Below are positions 10,901-23,300 of a stretch of 64,000 nt of DNA, one piece after another. Both the position numbers and the translations under genes were made by a program. Below the pieces are notes generated by a model. The model ran no database searches. It had not been told where the DNA came from and saw nothing but the letters and a program-made list of their open reading frames with translations. Location of the stretch: IMG/VR virus record IMGVR_UViG_3300037418_003161, positions 44,420-108,419 of that record, one strand, 5' to 3'. How positions within the stretch are numbered: position 1 is the first letter of the stretch; the number at the start of each line of letters is the position of its first letter. Source of the DNA: a virus (Duplodnaviria; Heunggongvirae; Uroviricota; Caudoviricetes).

Positions 10901-13900
10901 GTCTTTCTGTAGTGGTAAGTTGTCTTGTATAAGCAAGAATTTCATACATTTCTCCTGACAAAAAATTGGCAGTACTTGTAGAAGTTCCATTATATCCAAC
11001 AGTCATTTTTATTTGTGAGGCTCTTAAAATATTATATGTGGTTGTACCGCTTCCTGAAAATATTCCATTTTCATATCCTATACCAACTTTATTAGCTGAA
11101 TTCCATGTAAACGAAAACACAGAAGGCAGTGAAGACATGGCCGCACCTGTATACATAGCATTCCCGGCTTCACTTTGCCCAAGCGCATTACCCGTAGTAG
11201 TTGCAATAGAAAATGTTTTACTTGTTGGGCTGTTTAAGGCTAAATTCCATCCATTTATTGGTGAACCCGGATTTGGAAGTGTGTTATAATCTTCCCCATA
11301 ACCCATTACGGAAGTACCAACGTAAAATATGGTTAAACTTGCTCCTGTATAAGAAGGGAAAATGTCAGTTGTGGCCCTCAGACCTTGTGTACTAGAACTA
11401 ACAAATTTTATATATGGATATCCATTAGTACCACCCGACGATACGTAAGTAGGTTGTGCGGATGTACCAGTTAGTGGAATGGCATTAGCCGTTTGGTCAA
11501 CCCATTGTGTCACATTACTACCCGAAGTTGTAACCCCGGCATCACTCTTATACCAAGAACCTAAATTGGCAATGGACGTTGGGTCAAATCCATTAGTGGG
11601 TGTTACAGTTGGTGTCACTGTAGTTGTAGGTGTATTAGTTGGGGTGATGGATGTCGTTGGAGTATTGGTAGGTGTACTGGTAGATGTAGCCGTCTTGGTT
11701 GGTGTGACACTACTGGTAGGTGTAGAGGTGCTTGTATTGGTTGGTGTATTCGTTGGAGTGACTGTAGAAGTTGATGTTTGCGTAGGTGTATTCGTTGGGG
11801 TCAATGTAGGTGTTGGTGTGGAAGTTGATGTTGCAGTCTTTGTTGGTGTTATACTACTTGTTGGGGTAGCAGTGGGTGTTTGCGTAGGCGAGTTCGATTG
11901 TTGAATGTCAGGGGCAGGAGTTTGAGAGGGTGTAACAGTTGGTGTAGCTGTTGCTGTAGGAGTTTGGGTTAATTGAATACAATTTACTTTAACTGTAAAA
12001 GTAAAGCCGCTATTAAGAATAGAACTTGGTGTGACCGTCTGAGTAGGGGTACTTGTTGGTGTCGAAGTCAATGTGTTTGTAGGGGTATTGGTTGGAGTTT
12101 TGGTTGGCGTTGCTGTATTTGTTGAAGTACTGGTTGGCGTATTAGTGGCCGTGGATGATGGGGTAACTGTGCTTGTCGATGTTCGAGTAGGTGTATTGGT
12201 TGGTGTCACAGTATTAGTCGGTGTTACTGTAGATGTTAATGTCGATGTAGGTGTATTGGTTGGTGTAGTTGAGGGTGTTAAAGTTTGAGTGGGCGTACTT
12301 GTAGGTGTGTTCGTGGGGGTTACGGAAGCGGTAGGTGTATTGGTAGGCGTTACTGTATTTGTAGGAGTATTAGTTGATGTAGCAGTCCGTGTTGGGGTCA
12401 AACTTGCTGTTGGTGTATTAGTGGGGGTGGAGGTACTTGTGGATGTGACTGTATTAGATGGGGTAATGCTTGGTGTAACCGTACTTGTTGGGGTATTGGT
12501 TGCTGTGGTCGTTTTTGTTGGTGTATTAGTTGTGGTGGGAGTATTACTTGGTGTTACGGTATTGGTTGGTGTGAGCGTAGAGGTTGGTGTATTCGTTGGT
12601 GTAGATGTCCTAGTGGGTGTATTGGTTGAAGTAGGTGTATTGGTTGGTGTGAGCGTAGAGGTTGGTGTATTCGTTGGAGTGTTTGTTTGAGTTGGAGTGG
12701 CTGTAGCGGTAGATGTGGCCGTCTTGGTCGGTGTGTTGGAAGGTGTCAATGTAGGTGTGGCTGTAGCAGTGGCAGTAGGTGTAGGTGAAGGAGCGATTTT
12801 AGTTGTATTGGACTGCTGAATAATCATAGCATTGATAGCACCTTGTGAACCTGACGTAACATTACAATATACAAAGATGTCACCGTTACCATTGGGTTGA
12901 ATATCATTCACCCATCTTAGAGCAGCATCGTCATAGGCATTTCCTGTATTATCCCCATAGTTGTTGCCCGATGTAACGCTTGATGTTGTTGTACCGTTGA
13001 CAGTAAACGTCATTACCGTACCGTAGAAGCTTTGGTTATTGGATAAAAATCCGATTTGGTAATATTTGGATGTATTAAGCCCGGTTATCTTAAATGAGGA
13101 AGGGGTAGTGGCATCTGTTACCCATTCCTGTTGAACAATGATATCGGGGAAAACGCTTGTTCCATTTCCGCTTGAGGGGGATGAACCATCAGCACCATCA
13201 AATGGGTTAAGGGTCTTAAATCCAATAGAAGTTGATGCATCATTAATATCCCTCAAGAAATTTCTTGTGTATCCACTTGCAGTTGTAATATCTGTACCAT
13301 TAGATGGTAATCCTTGCCATCCAGAAGTATTGCCAGAACTGATGAACTGGTTGGTAAACGCCAATTGCCAAGTTTCTTCTACCACATAACTTCCCGAACT
13401 CGGTGTGAGAGTCGGTGTCTGAGTGGATGTTCCGGTGTTTGTAGGTGTAACACTACTTGTAGGTGTATTGGTTGGTGTATTTGTGGAAGTGCTTGTAGCT
13501 GTTTTGGTAGGTGTGAGGGTACTTGTTGGCGTATTTGTGGCCGTGGCAGTATTGGTAGGTGTCAGGGTTGGAGTAACAGTATTTGTGGGTGTATTGGTAG
13601 CGGTTGGAGTTTTGGTGGGGGTAACAGAACTGGTAGGAGTACTGGTTGGGGTATTGGTAGCGGTTTGGGATATGGTGGGAGTAATCGTTGGTGTGGCAGT
13701 TGTAGTGGGTGTAGGTGTGGGGGTAACAGCCGGGGTGGTGTCTTTTTGAACATTGGCCAAAATCCTTGAAGCGTAGATGTTAACGTTGTTGGTGGTGGCC
13801 TTTACATCCAAATTTTGGGCTGTGGGCATGGTCATTCCACTTGATACCACAACACTGCTTGTCATTGACAATTGTGAACCTGAAATTTGCGTTCCGCTTG

Positions 13901-15317
13901 CGGTATCCAATTCCACCACTGATGTTCCAATCACACTACATTCCGCTTGGTGTAAATAGGTATTGGTTACACCGCTCCATTCAGTATCATCCCATTTGGT
14001 AAGGAAGTTTTGCAACCCTGTTCCGCTTGGTATAAGAGTATTGGCAACCAAATATTGTTCTTGCAGTTTGGTAATTTCGACTGGATTAATCCAATACATT
14101 ACATCATTTGTTGAATTGGCATTCCAACCAGTATTAAAATAAGATTCATTACCACTTGTTACATCAGAACCATTTCTATAAACATTAATAAAATTACTAG
14201 AATTTCCAACCACACAATCTAAAGCAATACAATAGTTTGTACCGTTTGTAAGAGTTGTACTTCCTGAAAAATTAAATACATAAACTTTTGGGGTGGTAGA
14301 AATTGTTGAAACATCTATGCTTGTGGAAGCAATTATTAACGGTGAACCCGGAACTGATGATGTACCAAATGTACCACTATGTGGATATAATTTTGCTGTG
14401 ATATTTCCAGTTGGTGTACCATTTCTGGACAACATAAAAGCAGCAGATGTAAGGGTTGCACCATTACCTGTAAAACTTTGTGCTAATCCTGTTTTACCAC
14501 CTATAAACAAAGATTGTACAGTATTATCAGTTACAGCATTGAAATTGTCACCACTTAAAGTTTGGTCTACAATAATATTGGCACAGTAAATATCGTAGGT
14601 AAACATGTTGTTACCTATTAATGCTGCAATACGATAGGTTCTTCCATTGGTTGGTGTAAATCCAACCTTTACCTTTGTAGTTGAAGTGGCCACTCCCCCG
14701 GCTACAATGGTTACTTTGTCAGTCCAACTACTCAAACTACCGTTATCTTCCTGTAACGTAATGGTTACAGAAGTCATGTTACTGGAAATAACATAAGCAA
14801 CGGCAGCATAAAAGGTTGAACTCCCATCCCAAACGGAACTATCATATTTCCAATATTTAGGGTTATTAAGCGGTGCAGATGTGGTATTGGTTTTTCCCGT
14901 TTCCCGGTTTCCAATTTCAATTTGAGTCTCCGAAGCTGTTAATATATCAGTTCCGGTGTCTTGAATTATAATAAGCCTTGCCGCCTTAATACTTAATTGA
15001 CCGTTAGATGTGGTAGTATCCAACATAAGTCGGTCATACACCTCAACAGTACTAGTTGTTACGGATTGTCTGAATAAAGTATAGGTAGAAGTTCCGGCAC
15101 TAATGATAACAGAATTCGTGGAATTCCCTACACCATCAGCAATATATACCTTTTTATTGGTTGAGTCTGAGTTGGTAGCAAGTACTTCCAAATAAACACT
15201 TATTGACCCTGAATACTTGCTGCTACTAAAACTATACAACTCTGTTGTACGTACATTAGAAGCGGAAAGACTACTGGTAGTACCATTCAATAAGTTTATT
15301 TCATGTCTAAGAACCAT
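7968..15317 (-). CDS. 2449-aa multidomain fibre/adhesin: PT-rich linkers, LamG/ConA-like domain, three NIDO-like repeats, one Bacteroidota-type beta-sandwich domain
   Basis: [36 protein letters not shown] (LamG-like, about 10860-11590). Three copies of LPFxFxxY..NG..LP..PLWD..GTAPNR..E.RL.E..ATIGIQN (about 8645-10600). No signal peptide. Confidence 0.8.
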   Translation of the reverse strand: MVLRHEINLLNGTTSSLSASNVRTTELYSFSSSKYSGSISVYLEVLATNSDSTNKKVYIADGVGNSTNSVIISAGTSTYTLFRQSVTTSTVEVYDRLMLDTTTSNGQLSIKAARLIIIQDTGTDILTASETQIEIGNRETGKTNTTSAPLNNPKYWKYDSSVWDGSSTFYAAVAYVISSNMTSVTITLQEDNGSLSSWTDKVTIVAGGVATSTTKVKVGFTPTNGRTYRIAALIGNNMFTYDIYCANIIVDQTLSGDNFNAVTDNTVQSLFIGGKTGLAQSFTGNGATLTSAAFMLSRNGTPTGNITAKLYPHSGTFGTSSVPGSPLIIASTSIDVSTISTTPKVYVFNFSGSTTLTNGTNYCIALDCVVGNSSNFINVYRNGSDVTSGNESYFNTGWNANSTNDVMYWINPVEITKLQEQYLVANTLIPSGTGLQNFLTKWDDTEWSGVTNTYLHQAECSVIGTSVVELDTASGTQISGSQLSMTSSVVVSSGMTMPTAQNLDVKATTNNVNIYASRILANVQKDTTPAVTPTPTPTTTATPTITPTISQTATNTPTSTPTSSVTPTKTPTATNTPTNTVTPTLTPTNTATATNTPTSTLTPTKTATSTSTNTPTNTPTSSVTPTNTGTSTQTPTLTPSSGSYVVEETWQLAFTNQFISSGNTSGWQGLPSNGTDITTASGYTRNFLRDINDASTSIGFKTLNPFDGADGSSPSSGNGTSVFPDIIVQQEWVTDATTPSSFKITGLNTSKYYQIGFLSNNQSFYGTVMTFTVNGTTTSSVTSGNNYGDNTGNAYDDAALRWVNDIQPNGNGDIFVYCNVTSGSQGAINAMIIQQSNTTKIAPSPTPTATATATPTLTPSNTPTKTATSTATATPTQTNTPTNTPTSTLTPTNTPTSTNTPTRTSTPTNTPTSTLTPTNTVTPSNTPTTTNTPTKTTTATNTPTSTVTPSITPSNTVTSTSTSTPTNTPTASLTPTRTATSTNTPTNTVTPTNTPTASVTPTNTPTSTPTQTLTPSTTPTNTPTSTLTSTVTPTNTVTPTNTPTRTSTSTVTPSSTATNTPTSTSTNTATPTKTPTNTPTNTLTSTPTSTPTQTVTPSSILNSGFTFTVKVNCIQLTQTPTATATPTVTPSQTPAPDIQQSNSPTQTPTATPTSSITPTKTATSTSTPTPTLTPTNTPTQTSTSTVTPTNTPTNTSTSTPTSSVTPTKTATSTSTPTNTPTTSITPTNTPTTTVTPTVTPTNGFDPTSIANLGSWYKSDAGVTTSGSNVTQWVDQTANAIPLTGTSAQPTYVSSGGTNGYPYIKFVSSSTQGLRATTDIFPSYTGASLTIFYVGTSVMGYGEDYNTLPNPGSPINGWNLALNSPTSKTFSIATTTGNALGQSEAGNAMYTGAAMSSLPSVFSFTWNSANKVGIGYENGIFSGSGTTTYNILRASQIKMTVGYNGTSTSTANFLSGEMYEILAYTRQLTTTERQNVENYLYNKYIVPNPNITPTQTLTPTATNTPTRSNTPTTTKTATITPTNTPTTTPTNTPTTSVTPTNTPTTTPTSTLTPTNSVTPTNTPTPSSTPPVSNFYSYSRTITSGGTINVSGKDFTNTQGDEVDTIIFLPFTFNFYGKPFNSLNANSNGLLTFDGGDTVYNNSDLPSTLAKTAMIPLWDDITTSGNDSFGGTLTSCGIYTGTTGTAPNRVVYIEYRGTFLNSGNKIHFEVRLHETSNQFEFVYSNTILNDTSSATIGIQNYDAQLDRVIDFDKVCFNTPNAVTTGTTISYSVLNPATPTPTPSVTPSTTPSHTIGASPTRTPTLSPSVGEDTGMKMYTYSYSVATGGTITSGITNLFITGNETLFSDIDLPFNFYYYGKEYSAYSMDSNCVIYFRGFDPWARNEPLPLNNYGDQLYPLWDDLRTDGTTTIYGVAGTPCGIYYSTTGTAPNRVYNIECRARRFVDNSPAHFEVRLYEGSNKIEYVYMDVNTDSATIGLQNGVVNQSSNFSSAYIFDSIQFSYNTPNAVSSGSVITWEVVGPIAPTATPTYTPTPTVTPTISRSIGSQINGYSLTVTTGVTYTNATVDYEHHYDIVVRSIPLPFSFKYYEGTYTSVNVSPNGLIDFDSRIQLDGANSALPINLTHRLLYPLWDELTTEFTGTTISVDTIGTAPNRQFIIEWRASPSPSQTPIMNFQVALHEDGTFDFIYGPNVDSSSATIGIQNGLYNYMQYALNSAGAVSAGYKLTYSPTLIPQSPTPTPTLSASATVTATPTNTPTNTVTPTQSGPTFTFTKNFSFNTSAESWTFTNTGANAITASRDTTSGSDSTNDTNSGDGTLQSVMSGRNNTNTGGYWVWQGTYEDLGLTAGSKIIRVDLDYDWMCSTYNTGNNTSTRGQAELWTGAGTSLSGTFSNSATFSSTTSWATVNGSAVSVTHNSNQTIQLRIYAAPKTGNSSSANVTLRYDWVTVTVTYQ

Positions 15318-15727
15318 TATCCAATCCAGAGATTTTGATAGGCCGTCTTCACATTAGTTTTTTGTGTGGCCGTTAATGGTGTGGGATGCCATAGTTTAAT
15401 TCTATTAACTATTCCAGAGCCAGTTGTTGCTTCCACGAAAAATATTCTTAAATCAGGTAATCCACATGCCGTTTTAAACCCTTCAAACTCTTCCCATAAA
15501 TCACGTATTACTACTGTGACTCCCGAAGAGGGTGGGAATGTGGGATTGTCGGCCATAAGATTATCCAACTTTGTTTTTTCAGTAGTGGTTAATTCTCTAT
15601 CAAACGTTAAACATGTTTGTTCTCCAATATCTCCGCTTCCTATGGGTTCAATCCCCACTTCCCATAAGCAGCGTTTGAGCATATTCCAGCGATAACCCCC
15701 GGAAACTTTTGGATAATAATAGTCCAT
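15317..15727 (-). CDS. 136-aa protein with internal duplication; possible chaperone or partner of the adhesin
   Basis: FDRELTTTEKTKLDNLM resembles WHPTPLTATQKTNVKTAY. TAATG-coupled to the 2449-aa gene. Confidence 0.65.
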   Translation of the reverse strand: MDYYYPKVSGGYRWNMLKRCLWEVGIEPIGSGDIGEQTCLTFDRELTTTEKTKLDNLMADNPTFPPSSGVTVVIRDLWEEFEGFKTACGLPDLRIFFVEATTGSGIVNRIKLWHPTPLTATQKTNVKTAYQNLWIG

Positions 15728-15797
15728 ATAATAAAATAGATTTTATGTCTAAATCATAAGAAAAAGACTGAGAATGTAAACATTCAACTATAAATAC

Positions 15798-18629
15798 TTA
15801 ACATTGAGTTTGGGTTGCTTGAACCCGGATATATGAACCAACTGATGAATTGTATGTATAATCAATGGAAACTGGAATGACATCATTTACGTTGTAGTTT
15901 TTGATACAAACCGTTTGCAGTGTCGTGCCGCCATAGGAAAAAATCAACGTGGTTGAATAATTACCAAGTGCCTGAATGGTAATATCCACACTGATTGTAC
16001 CGCTACTTGTTCCAACGTTTACGTAATAATCTGTTGTATAGCCACCCTCAAATGCATTCATTGTTCTTGTTGTTCCACACTCATCATACACAATAGGTGT
16101 TGCCGTTGGAGTAAGAGTTGGAGTGGCTGTGGCAGTAATCGTGTTGGTTGGAGTTAAGGTTGGAGTACTTGTGACTGTAGACGTTGATGTACGTGTAGGA
16201 GTATTAGTCGGCGTCAAAGTACTACTAGCAGTTACCGTACTGGTAGGTGTAACAGTAGATGTGGATGTGCATGTAGGAGTGTTTGTCGGAGTAGGAGTAT
16301 TAGTCGGTGTCAAAGAACTGGTTGGTGTGTTCGTTGCAGTGGCCGTTCTTGTGGGTGTCACTGTCGTAGTGGGTGTATTACTTGGGGTAACAGTATTTGT
16401 AGGTGTTACGGTGGATGTGGGTGTACCTGTACTGGTAGAAGTATTGGTTGGGGTATTTGATGCAGTAACCGTATTGGTTGGAGTCACGGTGCTTGTTGCT
16501 GTCCTTGTCGGAGTATTTGTTGCAGTGGGTGTATTTGATGCAGTAACCGTATTGGTTGGAGTCACTGTACTGGTAGGAGTCGTAGTGGGTGTACTGGTTT
16601 GAGTTGGGGTTACAGATGGTGTGGGTGTAAATGTTGGCGTGACGGTGGATGTGGGTGTATTAGTGGAAGTTGCGGTTCTCGTTGGAGACACACTCGATGT
16701 AGGTGTATTTGTAGGCGTTACGGTGTTGGTTGCCGTAACAGTACTAGTCGGTGTTACAGTTGTAGTAGATGATGGTGTAACAGTGTTTGTTGGGGTCAGG
16801 GTATTTGTAGGGGTTACTGTACTTGTTGGTGTTACCGTAGCAGTGGGAGATACGGTCGGCGTATTGGTTGGTGTGTTCGTTGAGGTGGGTGTGTTGGATG
16901 CTGTGACCGTATTGGTTGGTGTTACTGTACTTGTTGGAGTTACCGTTGCTGTTGGGGTAACAGTTGGAGTATTTGATGCAGTTGGCGTATTAGTAGCCGT
17001 GGGTGTATTTGTCGATGTATTGCTTGGTGTTACGGTATTCGATGCTGTTACTGTGTTTGTTGGTGTTACCGTAGCTGTAATAGATGCAGTAGGTGTATTT
17101 GTGGCAGTAGGTGTATTTGTAGGTGTGGTAGTGTTTGATGAAGTAACAGTATTGGTTGGCGTACTTGTTGATGTTGGAGTTTTTGTAGGTGTAACAGATG
17201 TAGTTGGTGTAGTAGTGGGTGTGGCCGTGTTCGTTGGAGTTACAGACGGTGTGGAACTAATAGAAGAGGTTGGAGTATTTGTTGGGGTTACTGTATTAGT
17301 CGGAGTAACAGTATTGCTTGGTGTTACGGTAAATGTAGGTGTGTTGGTAGGTGTGACCGTACTTGTCGGGGTAACAGAAGATGTTGCAGTATTAGTTGGG
17401 GTAACAGTATTGGTAGGTGTGACCGTACTTGTCGGTGTTGCGGTAGATGTTGCAGTATTGGTAGGTGTAATGCTATTGGTGGGTGTATTAGTCGGTGTCA
17501 ACGTGTTTGTCGGAGTAACGGTATTCGTTGGAGTTACAGACGGTGTGGATGTTACTGTTGATGTTGGGGTGGTAGTCGGGGTATTTGATGCAGTTGGGGT
17601 GTTAGACGCTGTTGTTGTGTTTGTGGGTGTTACTGTACTTGTTGGCGTATTTGTTGAAGTAGCGGTTTTTGTAGGTGTAATAGATGCAGTCGGGGTAAAA
17701 GTCGGAGTAGCTGTATTAGTGGGTGTTACTGATGGTGTCGGCGTATTCGTTGAAGTTGGTGTATTGGTGGACGTAACGGTACTTGTTGGGGTTACAGTAG
17801 AAGAAGAGGTAACTGTTGGCGTATTCGTTGAAGTTGGTGTGTTAGTAGGTGTTACGCTTGCTGTCGTCGTATTAGTAGGTGTAGCAGTACTTGTACTAGT
17901 TGGTGTATTAGTAGGCGTTACACTTGGTGTTACCGTATTGGTTGGAGTAGTAGTAGGTGTGGCACTCTGTGAAATAGAGGGTGTAACCGTTGCTGTAGGG
18001 GTAAAAGTCGGAGTAGCTGTATTGGTTGGGGTTACAGTATTGGTAGGGGTAACTGTGGCTGTTGGTGTGACCGTTGATGTTGCCGTGGTAGTCGGTGTAT
18101 TCGTTGGTGTCACCGAATTGGTAGGTGTAACAGTTGGTGTGGGAGTATTACTTGCTGTGGCCGTATTTGACGGTGTAACCGTTGATGTTGGTGTTACTGT
18201 AGAAGTCGAAGTCCTTGTGGGAGTGTTGGTCGGTGTTACGGTGGATGTTGGCGTATTGGTAGCAGTAGGCGTATTACTTGCCGTTACACTCGCCGTGGGG
18301 GTGTTGGTAGGCGTAGCTGTACTTGTACTAGTTGGGGTACTTCCCGGTGTTCCTGTTGGTGTTGCGGTGTTGGATGCTGTAACAGTATTACTTGGTGTTA
18401 CTGTAGCTGTAGGGGTTAAGGTACTTGTAGCGGTGGCTGTAGGTGTTGGCGTTTGAGTGGCGCAAGGCGACACATCACTAACAATACCATTTCCCCCGGT
18501 AACAGTGAAATAGTTTGTGCCGTTGGAATAATAGCCATCAGGCACAGGGGTTGATAAGGCATTGTCCGTAAACAACTGACATCCTGTTGTTATTGTTTGA
18601 CAAGTAGTGAAATAATAAGCATTCGCCAT
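15798..18629 (-). CDS. 943-aa mucin-like stalk protein: small Cys-flanked N domain, about 790-aa PT tract, small C domain
   Basis: Continuous ORF with ([18 protein letters not shown])n from about 16095 to 18460. Confidence 0.85.
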   Translation of the reverse strand: MANAYYFTTCQTITTGCQLFTDNALSTPVPDGYYSNGTNYFTVTGGNGIVSDVSPCATQTPTPTATATSTLTPTATVTPSNTVTASNTATPTGTPGSTPTSTSTATPTNTPTASVTASNTPTATNTPTSTVTPTNTPTRTSTSTVTPTSTVTPSNTATASNTPTPTVTPTNSVTPTNTPTTTATSTVTPTATVTPTNTVTPTNTATPTFTPTATVTPSISQSATPTTTPTNTVTPSVTPTNTPTSTSTATPTNTTTASVTPTNTPTSTNTPTVTSSSTVTPTSTVTSTNTPTSTNTPTPSVTPTNTATPTFTPTASITPTKTATSTNTPTSTVTPTNTTTASNTPTASNTPTTTPTSTVTSTPSVTPTNTVTPTNTLTPTNTPTNSITPTNTATSTATPTSTVTPTNTVTPTNTATSSVTPTSTVTPTNTPTFTVTPSNTVTPTNTVTPTNTPTSSISSTPSVTPTNTATPTTTPTTSVTPTKTPTSTSTPTNTVTSSNTTTPTNTPTATNTPTASITATVTPTNTVTASNTVTPSNTSTNTPTATNTPTASNTPTVTPTATVTPTSTVTPTNTVTASNTPTSTNTPTNTPTVSPTATVTPTSTVTPTNTLTPTNTVTPSSTTTVTPTSTVTATNTVTPTNTPTSSVSPTRTATSTNTPTSTVTPTFTPTPSVTPTQTSTPTTTPTSTVTPTNTVTASNTPTATNTPTRTATSTVTPTNTVTASNTPTNTSTSTGTPTSTVTPTNTVTPSNTPTTTVTPTRTATATNTPTSSLTPTNTPTPTNTPTCTSTSTVTPTSTVTASSTLTPTNTPTRTSTSTVTSTPTLTPTNTITATATPTLTPTATPIVYDECGTTRTMNAFEGGYTTDYYVNVGTSSGTISVDITIQALGNYSTTLIFSYGGTTLQTVCIKNYNVNDVIPVSIDYTYNSSVGSYIRVQATQTQC
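16095..18460 (-). repeat. Degenerate 18-bp (6-aa) coding repeat tract; related tracts at about 2300-2855, 8540-13740, 18970-20125 and 22180-24360
   Basis: T-P-T-(N/S)-T-(P/V/A/L) period with diverged synonymous positions. Confidence 0.9.
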
Positions 18630-18661
18630 TAATTAATAAATAAACATTTTTATAAAAATTG

Positions 18662-20293
18662 TCAAGGACAACTATTTATGTCTGTTATCACACCATTTGA
18701 GAATGTAATTACCTGTGGGTTTGAGCTTAAATTATAGATATAGTTTCCAGTAATTGTTGATTTTTGACAACCCGCAAATTCATACGCTTGCTGACCAACT
18801 TCTACGCTTGCAATAAATTTTGTTACTCCGTGAAAACTATAGCCAGTTACCCCATAGTACTGTGTATAACTACACGCCTCTTGGACTGTAGTTTGTGTTA
18901 AATCTATCGTGCCTCCGCTATATGTCATATCATACCATAACACAACAGAATTGGTTGGTTTGGGACACGTTGATGTCGGAGTAGGGGTATTCGTAGCAGT
19001 GACAGTAGGTGTAATGGTTGACGTTATTGTGGCTGTCGGTGTTGATGTAGCGGTATTTGATGGTGTTACCGTATTGGTTGGAGTATTGGTCGGGGTCGCA
19101 GTTGGCGCAACACACTGTTCTTGAAATGTTATCGTAACTCCTGAAGCAACTAAACCGCCTGAATTATTAAAGTAATATTGATTGATGTTTACGATACCAT
19201 TTTGTAAACCAACTGTACCATCATTTACTGTAGCATTGCTGTTTACACCTTCTCCATAACAAAATTCAATTTTTCCGGTTTGTTCATATAAACGTGCTTC
19301 ATAGTCAAAGTTTATCCCTGTTTTTGTTGATGTATAATCATTAATTCTCCACTCTACAACAAAAATACGATTCGGGGCTGACCCATAAGTTGCTGTAAAG
19401 ATACCTCTACCTGTGTGGTCACTACGTTGGTCATCCCACCAAGGAAATATGGTTTTACCAAACCCTGATGCGGGTAGTGCTGAATTATTAAATTGCGTAT
19501 TGGAGCTATCGAATTGTAAGTTACCGTTGGTGCTAATTGTAACACCCGTAAAATTTGTACCATAAAAACTAAAACTAAACGGTAGAGCAACTGCTTTTAC
19601 GGCATCATCCGCATACAATCCAATATCATTTGTACCACCCATCATTGTAGTTCCTGTTGTGACCGTATATGTGTAACCAACAAAACTACAAGGTGTTGTC
19701 GTTGGGGTCATTGTGGGGGTTGAGGTCATTGTGGGAGTTGGTGAAAGAGACACGCAACCATCATAACTATAACAAGCTACATATGGGTCAGTTGCATCAT
19801 AAGAAAGACATTGAGCATAAATAACAGGACTTGGGCTTGGTGTCAACGTGGGTGTATTGGTTGGAGTTGATGTTGGTGTGGCCGTTTTACTATTAGTGGG
19901 TGTATTGGTTGGAGTTGATGTGATTGTATTTGTCGGACTCACGGATGGGGTCAAACTGGATGTTGGTGTTGACGTGACGGTACTTGTTTTAGTTGGCGTC
20001 ACGGTAGTTGTGGGTGTATTGGTTGGAGTAATTGATGCCGTTACAGTCCTTGTTGGTGTATTAGTTGGGGTTACAGTAGTTGTTGGTGTAACTGTAGCAG
20101 TGGCGGTCGGGGTTGGTGTTTGCGATACACAGGGTGCAATACTAACAACCGAACCTGTACCATCTACCTGATAAGAATTTGTGCCATCTGAAAAATATGT
20201 GTTGGTAATAAGGTTAGTTAATGCCATATTGCTGTAGACTTTACAGCCTACAACGATGGTTGAGCATTGACTAAATATAAATTGTGATGGCAT
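18662..20293 (-). CDS. 543-aa PT-linker protein with one NIDO-like domain
   Basis: N domain similar to that of the 943-aa protein; [34 protein letters not shown]. Confidence 0.8.
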   Translation of the reverse strand: MPSQFIFSQCSTIVVGCKVYSNMALTNLITNTYFSDGTNSYQVDGTGSVVSIAPCVSQTPTPTATATVTPTTTVTPTNTPTRTVTASITPTNTPTTTVTPTKTSTVTSTPTSSLTPSVSPTNTITSTPTNTPTNSKTATPTSTPTNTPTLTPSPSPVIYAQCLSYDATDPYVACYSYDGCVSLSPTPTMTSTPTMTPTTTPCSFVGYTYTVTTGTTMMGGTNDIGLYADDAVKAVALPFSFSFYGTNFTGVTISTNGNLQFDSSNTQFNNSALPASGFGKTIFPWWDDQRSDHTGRGIFTATYGSAPNRIFVVEWRINDYTSTKTGINFDYEARLYEQTGKIEFCYGEGVNSNATVNDGTVGLQNGIVNINQYYFNNSGGLVASGVTITFQEQCVAPTATPTNTPTNTVTPSNTATSTPTATITSTITPTVTATNTPTPTSTCPKPTNSVVLWYDMTYSGGTIDLTQTTVQEACSYTQYYGVTGYSFHGVTKFIASVEVGQQAYEFAGCQKSTITGNYIYNLSSNPQVITFSNGVITDINSCP

Positions 20294-20330
20294 TTTAAAT
20301 AATAACTATTTCCTTTCAGATTTTAAACGG

Positions 20331-23300
20331 TTATGGGTAAATCACTGTTCCTCCCGAAATTTCATATAACAAAATATAATTCGCAGAATTACTAATTAGA
20401 TTACCCGCAGCATCGACGATTCTATAAACTTGAAAGTTGTTTATGGGGTCAGCCGAATTAGTAATCACCACCCTTTCGGCTACAGTGTACACACTATGCC
20501 GTGTACCCGTTACGCCTCCCAAGTCAACAAGTCGCCAACCCCCAAGTGCCACCGGGTCACAAACTTGTGACATCGGTTGGATGGATGGTTCATAGGTGAA
20601 GTTCTTAGTTGTTTCAGTAGTAGTAGACTGTCCTAACCAGTGCCCACCTATGGAAGCCCAAGTAAGGGTATCTTGTCCCCTTCTTACTTTGGTTCTAAAT
20701 GAATAATTGGATTCGTTTATTGAAGTGTTTATAGTATTTATATTGCTTTGTACTGCACTGTAGGTATCATTACAGGACAAGCCACTATAGGCTGTCATAC
20801 CATTATTGGGTGCAACCATTACATAGGTCATTGTCTTTGTGCCATCATCAAACGATGGTGGACTTGAAATATGGGTTGAGTAACTCCTTGTAAAAGTGGC
20901 GGCATCCCCGCAACTGTCGGCCTGAATGACTCCCAAATCATAATAGACATAATGTTGTATACTTGTCTCATCGGTTGAATAGGTTACAAAAAATTGGGTT
21001 CTACCTGAAGCCGTTGCAAATTGATTTTTCATCACATTGTAATCCCCTATATCATCATAAACAATTGTAATAGTATTACCCGATTTGCTCACAGTGCTTC
21101 CTGATATTTGTTGTGTACAAAAGGCAGTCACAAATGAACTTACAGTATTTGTAGTAGTAGTCTTACCACTGAATAATTGAAGAGTCACCTGAGTATTGTT
21201 GGGTTCACCATTTAGCAATCCATTTGTTCCAAATGCAACGTAATTATCATATAAAAAGAAGTTATTGTTGGTTGTCGTTGCTGTGGTTGGATACAATCGA
21301 TTGTATTTTAATTCATACGCACACGCAGATTGGTTATATGACATAGTATAACTTGAGGTATCTACCATTCGAACTGTAGCCCCGCTATAGATTGCTTCAC
21401 ACTGAGGACTAGTAAGACACTTTGTACTCAACGACCAATCGGTATTGGTATTTCCACTATTAGGGGTTATATCCATACGGAGGTAATCCCCGGAACTATA
21501 GGGTATGTCATTAAACCCTGTTATTCTTTTTATGGCTGCGGCTGAATAGGTTTGGGGTGAACCTGTCATGCTTGAGAATCCAATGTCTTGACCAACACGC
21601 CAGTACGCTAATTCAGTTGTAGTGCCGCTTGTTGGGCTTACGTAACTAATTTTTATAGTATCGCTTACCACATTACCCTGAAAATTCCACGCAAGATATC
21701 TGTGGTCTGCATCTATATCAAATCTAATACTTCTTGCCGCAAGGGTCGAACTGTTTGTGGCATTACTATAAACTATTGAGTTGGGATATTGGGCGGTTTG
21801 GTTGCCAGTTGAACAGTTTAGAGAAGTTACACTAAAAGAAGAAATACAGGTCATTAAATCAGGGCTGTAAGACGCACTATAATCTACGGCTGCGGTATAT
21901 TTGACTCCATTTAAATAAACAAACCGAATCACCGGATACCAAGTTCCTCCTTGTGCGGGTTCACTATTAAAAGGATGGGTCACGGTCACGCTTACATCTG
22001 CCCCCGCTCTATTGCCAGATGTAAACTGAGGTGTGCCTGTTCGACTTCCCAAATACCAATCCACTACATAATCACCCACCGTACAACCCGACCTTGATGT
22101 AAGGGTGGAAGCGGCAATACTGGAAGTAAGGCCAGTAACACCCATGTTTAATCCACAGTCAACACACTCTGTGTAAATTGGCACAGGTGTTTCTGTTGGG
22201 GTTAGAGTATTGGTTGGCGTAATCGTTGGGGTAGCCGTATTAGTGGTAGTAACCGTTGGTGTCGGTGTCACACAACCATCATAACTATAACAGGCCACAT
22301 ATGGGTCGGGGTCAACGAACACACAAAATGAATATACTACAGGTGATGGGGTAGGTGTTTGTGTAGCAGTATTCGTTGGAGTGATGGTTGAAGTAGCAGT
22401 CCTTGTAGGTGTGATAGATGCAGTAGGTGTAAATGTTGGTGTAGAGGTGTTAGTTGGTGTTATTGTATTTGTTGGAGTAACCGTTGGTGTTGTTGTCCTT
22501 GTAGGTGTGTTTGTTTGTGTTGGTGTGTTCGATGGAGTTACCGTACTGGTTGGTGTTAATGTGTTGGTCGGTGTAACCGTTGGTGTTGTTGTCCTTGTAG
22601 GTGTGTTTGTGGCTGTTACTGTATTTGTTGGAGTAACCGTTGAAGTTGGTGTAACTGTTGACGTAGCAGTTCTTGTTGGTGTGTTTGAGGCCGTAACTGT
22701 ATTTGTTGGTGTTACAGTATTTGTTGGTGTTACTGTTGACGTAGATGTTTGCGTTGGTGTAACAGTATTAGTTGGGGTTGCAGTCGATGTGGGTGTATTT
22801 GTTGGGGTTACGGAACTTGACGGAGTTACAGTTGATGTTGGAGTTAAAGTGGCAGTAGATGTAACGGTAGGGGTGTTTGAGGCTGTTACAGTATTAGTTG
22901 GTGTAACTGTAGAAGTTGGAGTTAGCGTTGATGTGGCCGTCTGAGTTGGGGTGTTTGAGGCCGTAACCGTATTCGTTGGGGTTACAGTATTTGTTGGTGT
23001 TGGTGTGTTTGTTGAAGTTTTTGTAGGTGTATTAGACGGTGTGGCCGTATTCGTTGGCGTTACGGTTGGTGTTGGCGTGTTTGTAGTAGTTGGTGTAGCT
23101 GTAGAAGTAGGTGTCAAAGTCGATGTAGCAGATTGAGTTGGTGTATTTGTGCTTGTAGCCGTATTTGTTGGTGTTACCGTATTGGTGGATGTAACGGTTG
23201 GTGTGGGCGTATTTGTGCTTGTAGCCGTATTTGTTGGTGTTACCGTATTGGTTGGAGTATTGGTAGGTGTCTCAGTATTTGTTGCGGTCACAGATGGCGT

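Noticed and set aside
16621-18456. 611-aa plus-strand Val/Gly-rich ORF and many similar ones between 2213 and 24303
   Set aside because: Antisense shadows of Thr/Pro codons; they coincide with the PT tracts and have no expression signals.
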